A stretch of DNA of 22,375 nucleotides. Origin: a bacterium (GTDB taxonomy: Bacteria; Zhuqueibacterota; Zhuqueibacteria; Oceanimicrobiales; Oceanimicrobiaceae). The position numbers were made by a program, and so were the translations under genes. The stretch lies in the NCBI GenBank assembly GCA_046757025.1, contig JBHHXN010000083.1:1-22375 (forward strand), read 5' to 3'. Of the stretch, positions 17,409 through 22,375 are shown piece after piece (within the stretch, counting starts at the first letter, position 1; the number at the start of each line of letters is the position of its first letter). Below the pieces are notes generated by a model that saw only the letters and a program-made list of their open reading frames with translations, did no database searches and was not told the origin of the DNA.

Positions 17409-19229
17409 TTATTTTATCAATAAAAGTTTTCTTTGTGCTATAAAATCCTGGGCCTCAATGCGATACAGGTAAATTCCACTGGCGACTCGTTCACCAAAAT
17501 TATTGGCGCCATTCCAGGTCACCTGGTGCCGACCAGCCGCAGCGAATTCCGAGAATAGAGTGGCGATCAATTGACCTCGCAAATTGTAAATTGAAAGCGT
17601 GATTTCCTGGGTTTCAGGAACTGAAAAAATGATTGTGGTAGTAGGGTTAAACGGATTCGGGTAGTTCTGTTCCAATGCGAAATCCGACGGCCGTTCCAAA
17701 GTCGTCCCAACTACCGCCTCGAGTGTCTCGCCAAATGGCTCGGTAGCCAGATTACCGCTGTTTCCCCGATGATAGGCTTTGGTAGCATATTTCCAGGCGG
17801 CTTTGTATTCCTGTATGGCTCTGTCCGGACGGTTTCGCTGCAATTTTTTCTCAGCGCGGTTCAAACGACTTTGCGCCTTGCGAATCCATTTATCCACCGT
17901 CCGGTCACCGGCAAATTGCTGTGCTTTTTCGATTTCATCCAAAGCCAGTTGTCGCGCAGCAGCCACCAACTCTTCTATCAGCCAATCAACTTCGGCACCC
18001 CTATTCTGAGCTTGCAGCAAATCTTTCATGGCGCTGCGGAGCTTATCAAATGTCGATTTTATTTTATCCGCTTCAAACTTGGAAATGGCGTTGTGCAATT
18101 TGTTTCGCGCTTCTTCCAAATTATCCCGCGCTCTCTCCGATAGCGAATCCTCCGCCAGCAATTGATCGATTTCATCCAATATCGCGTTAAGCAGCGAAAT
18201 GAAATCCGCGGGGGGCGGACATTGATCAAAATCCGGATCGGTGGGTAGTCGGCACTCCCCACATTCATCGATCTGGGATTCGCCCCCGGGCACGCCGGCG
18301 CAATCCACCGGCCGGCAATCAGCCGGTGCCGTGAATAAATTCTCTACTGTGTACGTGCAAGCTGCATCCGCTGTGAAGGAAGCAGTGACATCCACGCTAA
18401 TGCCATCCGCCAACAAACCCATCAACGTCACGGTTTGCGGACTGACGCCGATACCGAACATCTGTCCGTTCACCAGCAAACTGCCCGAAGCCGGCGGATT
18501 TTCGAACGTCACCACGATCTCCTGCGTGTAGGTGTTGGTTTGCGGGTCGCAGGCCGATTGGCTGCCAGCGGTTAAATCGGTGATGGCACAGACCGGTGGC
18601 GTCAACGTCTGATTGGTGTTGCAGGCTCCGAAGGTATTGGGAGCGGCTGCGCTCCAGGTGAAATCTTCGTAGGCGGTACCGCTGCCAGTTAGCTGGAGCG
18701 AATGACCAACCGGGGTCGCTCCACTTTCTGCCACGCCGATGTCCGTAGTGGTCAGTCCGGCTGCGGGGCCAGAAATGGCGGTCATCGTGCCCTCGTAGCT
18801 TAGAAATTGCAACACGTTGCCGCCCGCATCCACCAGCGCCAATCCATCGGGAGCGCCGTTTTGAATACTTGATTTGTAAAATTCCAGGACTCCAAATCCT
18901 TTGCAAAGATCAGGGATGGTGCCGCTTAGGGTGATGGTTCCATAGGTGGCATTATTACTCCCATTATAAAGGAAGACTTTCCACCCGGTGAGATCGGTGC
19001 CGGCCGGGCCGGCAATCTCCACGCCCTCGCCAGTATCTCCGCCGGCATTGTCGTAGTGCAGTTCGTTGATGAAAACGGTGGTTTGTGCCAGGGCCAGGCG
19101 GCCGCTGATTGGGTAGGCAGTTAGAAAGACAAAAACCATAACCGCGACTCGATTCATCCAGACCCACCGCCACGCTTTTGGCCAGATGCGTTCTGAGGTG
19201 AAGCCCAGGACAATATTCGACTTCCACAT
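17409..19229 (-). CDS. Secreted protein with lamin-tail-like domain, Cys-rich segment, helical domain and C-terminal sorting domain
   Basis: RBS AGGAGG-7 nt-ATG; long signal ending ALA|Q; 'VFINELHYDNAGGDTGEGVEIAGPAGTDLTGW..LYNG...IQNGAPDGLALVD'; 'DCAGVPGGESQIDECGEC'; 'LEQNYPNPFNPTT...WNG...ASGIYLYRI'. Confidence 0.9.
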   Translation of the reverse strand: MWKSNIVLGFTSERIWPKAWRWVWMNRVAVMVFVFLTAYPISGRLALAQTTVFINELHYDNAGGDTGEGVEIAGPAGTDLTGWKVFLYNGSNNATYGTITLSGTIPDLCKGFGVLEFYKSSIQNGAPDGLALVDAGGNVLQFLSYEGTMTAISGPAAGLTTTDIGVAESGATPVGHSLQLTGSGTAYEDFTWSAAAPNTFGACNTNQTLTPPVCAITDLTAGSQSACDPQTNTYTQEIVVTFENPPASGSLLVNGQMFGIGVSPQTVTLMGLLADGISVDVTASFTADAACTYTVENLFTAPADCRPVDCAGVPGGESQIDECGECRLPTDPDFDQCPPPADFISLLNAILDEIDQLLAEDSLSERARDNLEEARNKLHNAISKFEADKIKSTFDKLRSAMKDLLQAQNRGAEVDWLIEELVAAARQLALDEIEKAQQFAGDRTVDKWIRKAQSRLNRAEKKLQRNRPDRAIQEYKAAWKYATKAYHRGNSGNLATEPFGETLEAVVGTTLERPSDFALEQNYPNPFNPTTTIIFSVPETQEITLSIYNLRGQLIATLFSEFAAAGRHQVTWNGANNFGERVASGIYLYRIEAQDFIAQRKLLLIK

Positions 19230-19668
19230 GATCGATCCTCCTTGCGCTTAATTTGACATGATTATTCTTTATCCCACAAAAGTGGAATAGAAAAAGAGAT
19301 AAAAAATGCCAATCACATGATCACTACCAACAGCCATCTATCAACAAAAATAAGAACGAGTGCAAATTTGTTGAATAAAACCGAATGGAATAATCAATGG
19401 GCGCAGTTATTAGCAGGAAATCGAATATCGAATGACAATGGGAAGTTTAAGTGAATCTGAGCCCCCGCCACAAAAGTAGGATTCCACAAATTATATTGCC
19501 GCATTCAAAGATTTTTTGAATGTCGAACCTAATAAACAGGATTTAACATGCAAAATAAAAATGTATGTCAAACAACTCTTCCCTAAGTATGACAGAGTGG
19601 AAAGAGTCACGCTCATCGGCTAAGGTAACTTCTAAATGCGATAATACAACGAAGCGAAATTATGGGGC

Positions 19669-19704
19669 AGTGGAGTGTTTCCGAGACAACAAAAACACTC
19701 CACT
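19669..19704. terminator. Hairpin downstream of the IPT/DNRLRE gene (terminator-like or mRNA-stabilising)
   Basis: Perfect 12-bp stem AGTGGAGTGTTT (19669-19680) / AAACACTCCACT (19693-19704), 30 nt past the stop. There is no minus-strand U-tract. Confidence 0.55.
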
Positions 19705-19734
19705 AATATATCAATTGAACAAGAGAAATGCAAG

Positions 19735-22374
19735 CTATTTTTGCAGGGTGATTTTTTTTGACAACTTGGTATCGCCAATCTCCAATTGCATGAAGTACAC
19801 ACCCGTTCCCACTTCCAGATTGTGGCTATTTTTACCATCCCAGCGAACCTTTTTAAAGCCCGCCTTTTCCTGTCCATCCACCAACATGCGCACAAGCTGT
19901 CCCTTCAAATTGAAAATACTTAATTTCACTTTGGCATCTTCTGGCAAAGCGTATTCGATGGCGGTCTCCAGGTTGAATGGATTGGGATAATTCGGATACA
20001 GCACGATCTCTTCCGGCATGGTCGATTCCGTGCCGTTGGTCTCTTGCGGTGGGTGGTCTTCCGCTAATTCCTGACTTTGTTTTGGCAGAGCGCTGCCCGT
20101 AGTGATGACCATCTCCGGTGCGGTGGGACCTTCTTTGGAGCTGTAAATGACAATATCAGAGGACGCGTTTTTCACAGCAAAGCTGTAAGTACCGTTTCCT
20201 AGAATAGCCGCGGTCACGTCAAATTCAACTATTTGATTGAGGTTGACCTGACCGGCGGAATGCAGCGGCACACCGGTGATTTCCGGAGCGTTGTTCCAGA
20301 CCAATCCCGATTCATCCCACGGTGTGGCCGTACCTTTATAATTATTGGAAACCGAATATATCGAGCCGCCATCCACGCTGGCATTCATGACCTGCATTCT
20401 AACTCTGGCGCTTTGTACCGCACCGCTCAATCCGGTGACATTAAATTTCAGATACGAGTCCCGGTTGACCGAGGTGGTACGAACTTTCAGCTCCACGTCC
20501 CCGCCAAAATTTTCAGTGGGTCTGGAGGAACGAACATACGCATCATCAGAGGATAGAAATGTGAACGTGCCAGAACCGGAGGTAATGGTAAAATCATTTG
20601 CGCTGGCAGCCAATCCAGCGGCGTTGGTCACACTTATTTTTCCAGTGGTGGCGCCCGAAGGAACCACGGCCCGCAGCTGGGTGTTGGAATCCACCGTAAA
20701 ATTGCTGGCAGCCACATTGTTGAAGGCCACACTCAAGGTGCCGGTAAAATTGTTGCCGGTGACGGTGACCTCCGAGTTTATCGGCCCACTGGTGGGGGTG
20801 AAAGAAGCAATGGTCGGCGGTTGCGCCACCACAAAATCATCCGTACTCGTGGACGTGCCGGCAGCAGTGGTTACGCTTATTTTTCCAGTGGTAGCACTGG
20901 CTGGCACCGTGGCACGAATTTGAGAATCTGAGTCCACGTTAAAAGGTGCAGCGGCAACACCATTAAACGAGACATCAGTGGCGCCGGTAAAATTCACACC
21001 AGTTATGGTTACTTCGGTAGCGATCGTTCCCGAACTTGGATTGAAAGAGGCGATACCTGGTAAATTGGAAACGGTAAAATCGGAGCTGCTCACACCCGTA
21101 CCAGCGGCATTGGAAACCGCAATTTTGCCGGTCGTGGCTCCGTTGGGTACGTTTGCTCGCACCTGACTGTCGGAATCCAGAGTAAAATTGGTGGCCGGTG
21201 TGCCGTTAAATGTAACGCTCAACAAACCGGACAAATTACTACCCACAATAGTGACTTCGGTGCTGACTGGCCCGGATACCGGCGAGAAGGAGCTGATCAC
21301 GGGACTGCCCACCACGGTAAAATTGTTGGAGCTGGTACCGGTGCCGCTGGCGTTTGCCACACTTATTTTTCCAGTGCTCGCGCCCGGCGGCACGTTAGCC
21401 CGCAATTGCGTATCCGAATCTGCCGTAAAAATGGTGGCGGCAATGCCGTTAAATTTCACACTGCTTACCGCGTTGAAGTTATTGCCGGTCACCGTCACTT
21501 CCGTGCCAACAGGGCCGGCAGCAGGTGAAAACGAAGTTATGCTTGGAACATTTGAAGAACCCGAGCCGGTGACAATTTCCAAAACCGGCACCTGCACCCC
21601 TTGTTTTGAGCTATATTTAACGGCGTCGCCGGAATTGTTGGATATGGCAAAACTCACCATACCGTTCCCTGAAATCGCCGCAGTAACATCAAATTCCACA
21701 GTTTCGTTCAGATTGACCGCACCCAGGGAGCTCAACGGCGAACCGGTGATCTCCGGTGCGTTGGTGAAAATCAGCCCCGCTTCGGTCCAGGGTGTGTTGG
21801 TGCCCAAAAAGTTGTTGGAAACCGAATAAATGGCGCCACCATCGGAACCGCTGTCGATCACAAACAGCTTCAGCGTGGCACTCTGAATCGAGCCAGAGAG
21901 ACCGCTGATGTTAAATTTGAGGTAAGTGTTAAAATCTGCTGAAGAAGTTTGCCGCACACGCAAATCGGGTGCGTGATCGTAATTGTTGGTAACTCGGTTA
22001 GAGCGTACGAAAGCATCTTCGGTAGGATTAAAAGTCAATGTTGTCCCCGCAGGAACCGTGACCGTAAAATCACCGGCACTTGTGGTGGAACCCGCTGGGT
22101 TGGTTACGGTAATGGGGCCATTTGTGGCACCCGTGGGTACCACCGCACGCAATTGGTTGTCCGAATCCACATTAAAACTGGCAGCGGGCGTTCCGTTGAA
22201 CAACACCGCAATGGTGCCTGTGAAATTGGCACCAGAAAGGGTAATTTCTATCCCAACCTCACCAGAAGTGGGGATGAAACTGGTGATGGCAGGAGCAAAT
22301 GTCACAGTAAAATTGGAGCTGCTGCCAGCAAAACCCGCTGCGTTGCTTACGCTGATAACCCCGGTGGTCGCACC
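19735..22374 (-). CDS. Large surface protein with IPT/TIG repeats, two DNRLRE (CBM96-like) domains and C-terminal sorting domain (5'-partial)
   Basis: The frame stays open beyond GTG 22305 to the edge (GATTGVISVSNAAGFAGSSSNFTV). Five complete IPT units ('P.I.SF.P..G..G.EVT..G.NF...V.FNG...VP.GATTG.I.V') plus one partial; two 'DA[FY]VRS...YLKFN..GLSG..QSA...W.E.GL..NAP...FDVTAA...SK' domains; 'LYPNYPNPFN...WDGKN...GTGVYF'. Confidence 0.92.
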   Translation of the reverse strand, partial: GATTGVISVSNAAGFAGSSSNFTVTFAPAITSFIPTSGEVGIEITLSGANFTGTIAVLFNGTPAASFNVDSDNQLRAVVPTGATNGPITVTNPAGSTTSAGDFTVTVPAGTTLTFNPTEDAFVRSNRVTNNYDHAPDLRVRQTSSADFNTYLKFNISGLSGSIQSATLKLFVIDSGSDGGAIYSVSNNFLGTNTPWTEAGLIFTNAPEITGSPLSSLGAVNLNETVEFDVTAAISGNGMVSFAISNNSGDAVKYSSKQGVQVPVLEIVTGSGSSNVPSITSFSPAAGPVGTEVTVTGNNFNAVSSVKFNGIAATIFTADSDTQLRANVPPGASTGKISVANASGTGTSSNNFTVVGSPVISSFSPVSGPVSTEVTIVGSNLSGLLSVTFNGTPATNFTLDSDSQVRANVPNGATTGKIAVSNAAGTGVSSSDFTVSNLPGIASFNPSSGTIATEVTITGVNFTGATDVSFNGVAAAPFNVDSDSQIRATVPASATTGKISVTTAAGTSTSTDDFVVAQPPTIASFTPTSGPINSEVTVTGNNFTGTLSVAFNNVAASNFTVDSNTQLRAVVPSGATTGKISVTNAAGLAASANDFTITSGSGTFTFLSSDDAYVRSSRPTENFGGDVELKVRTTSVNRDSYLKFNVTGLSGAVQSARVRMQVMNASVDGGSIYSVSNNYKGTATPWDESGLVWNNAPEITGVPLHSAGQVNLNQIVEFDVTAAILGNGTYSFAVKNASSDIVIYSSKEGPTAPEMVITTGSALPKQSQELAEDHPPQETNGTESTMPEEIVLYPNYPNPFNLETAIEYALPEDAKVKLSIFNLKGQLVRMLVDGQEKAGFKKVRWDGKNSHNLEVGTGVYFMQLEIGDTKLSKKITLQK

Positions 22375-22375
22375 G

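Noticed and set aside
153..21829. Many short ORFs overlapping the large genes (for example 153..434, 4243..4761, 20345..20923, 21188..21829)
   Set aside because: They are antisense or off-frame shadows of long, motif-rich genes, with no recognisable motifs of their own.
22303..22305. GTG 22305 as the start of the 856-aa ORF
   Set aside because: The frame continues upstream with IPT-repeat sequence and there is no signal peptide, so the true start is outside the window.

Overview
Bacterial chromosomal region, most likely from an FCB-superphylum organism such as KSB1 or Calditrichota. This assignment is inferred from four C-terminal 'NYPNPFN...WxG...GxY' sorting domains and from Gln-initial mature proteins. 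The minus strand carries six large, modular secreted or surface proteins: a cohesin/dockerin protein missing from the ORF track, a tail-fibre-like Gly-repeat protein, a HAF-repeat protein, a beta-helix protein, a lamin-tail-domain protein, and an IPT/DNRLRE repeat protein. In the middle is a regulatory trio: an ECF sigma factor, a zinc-finger/TM/TPR anti-sigma factor, and a convergent TPR-CHAT (caspase/separase-like) protease with a signal peptide. This trio is the best candidate for an undescribed system: protease-gated envelope signalling that controls the neighbouring surface proteins. Intergenic regions hold a truncated IS, several REP/MITE-like palindromic elements, terminators and a perfect 20-bp palindrome. 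I saw no rRNA, tRNA or CRISPR array. All domain calls come from motif recognition by eye, not database searches, and internal domain boundaries are approximate.
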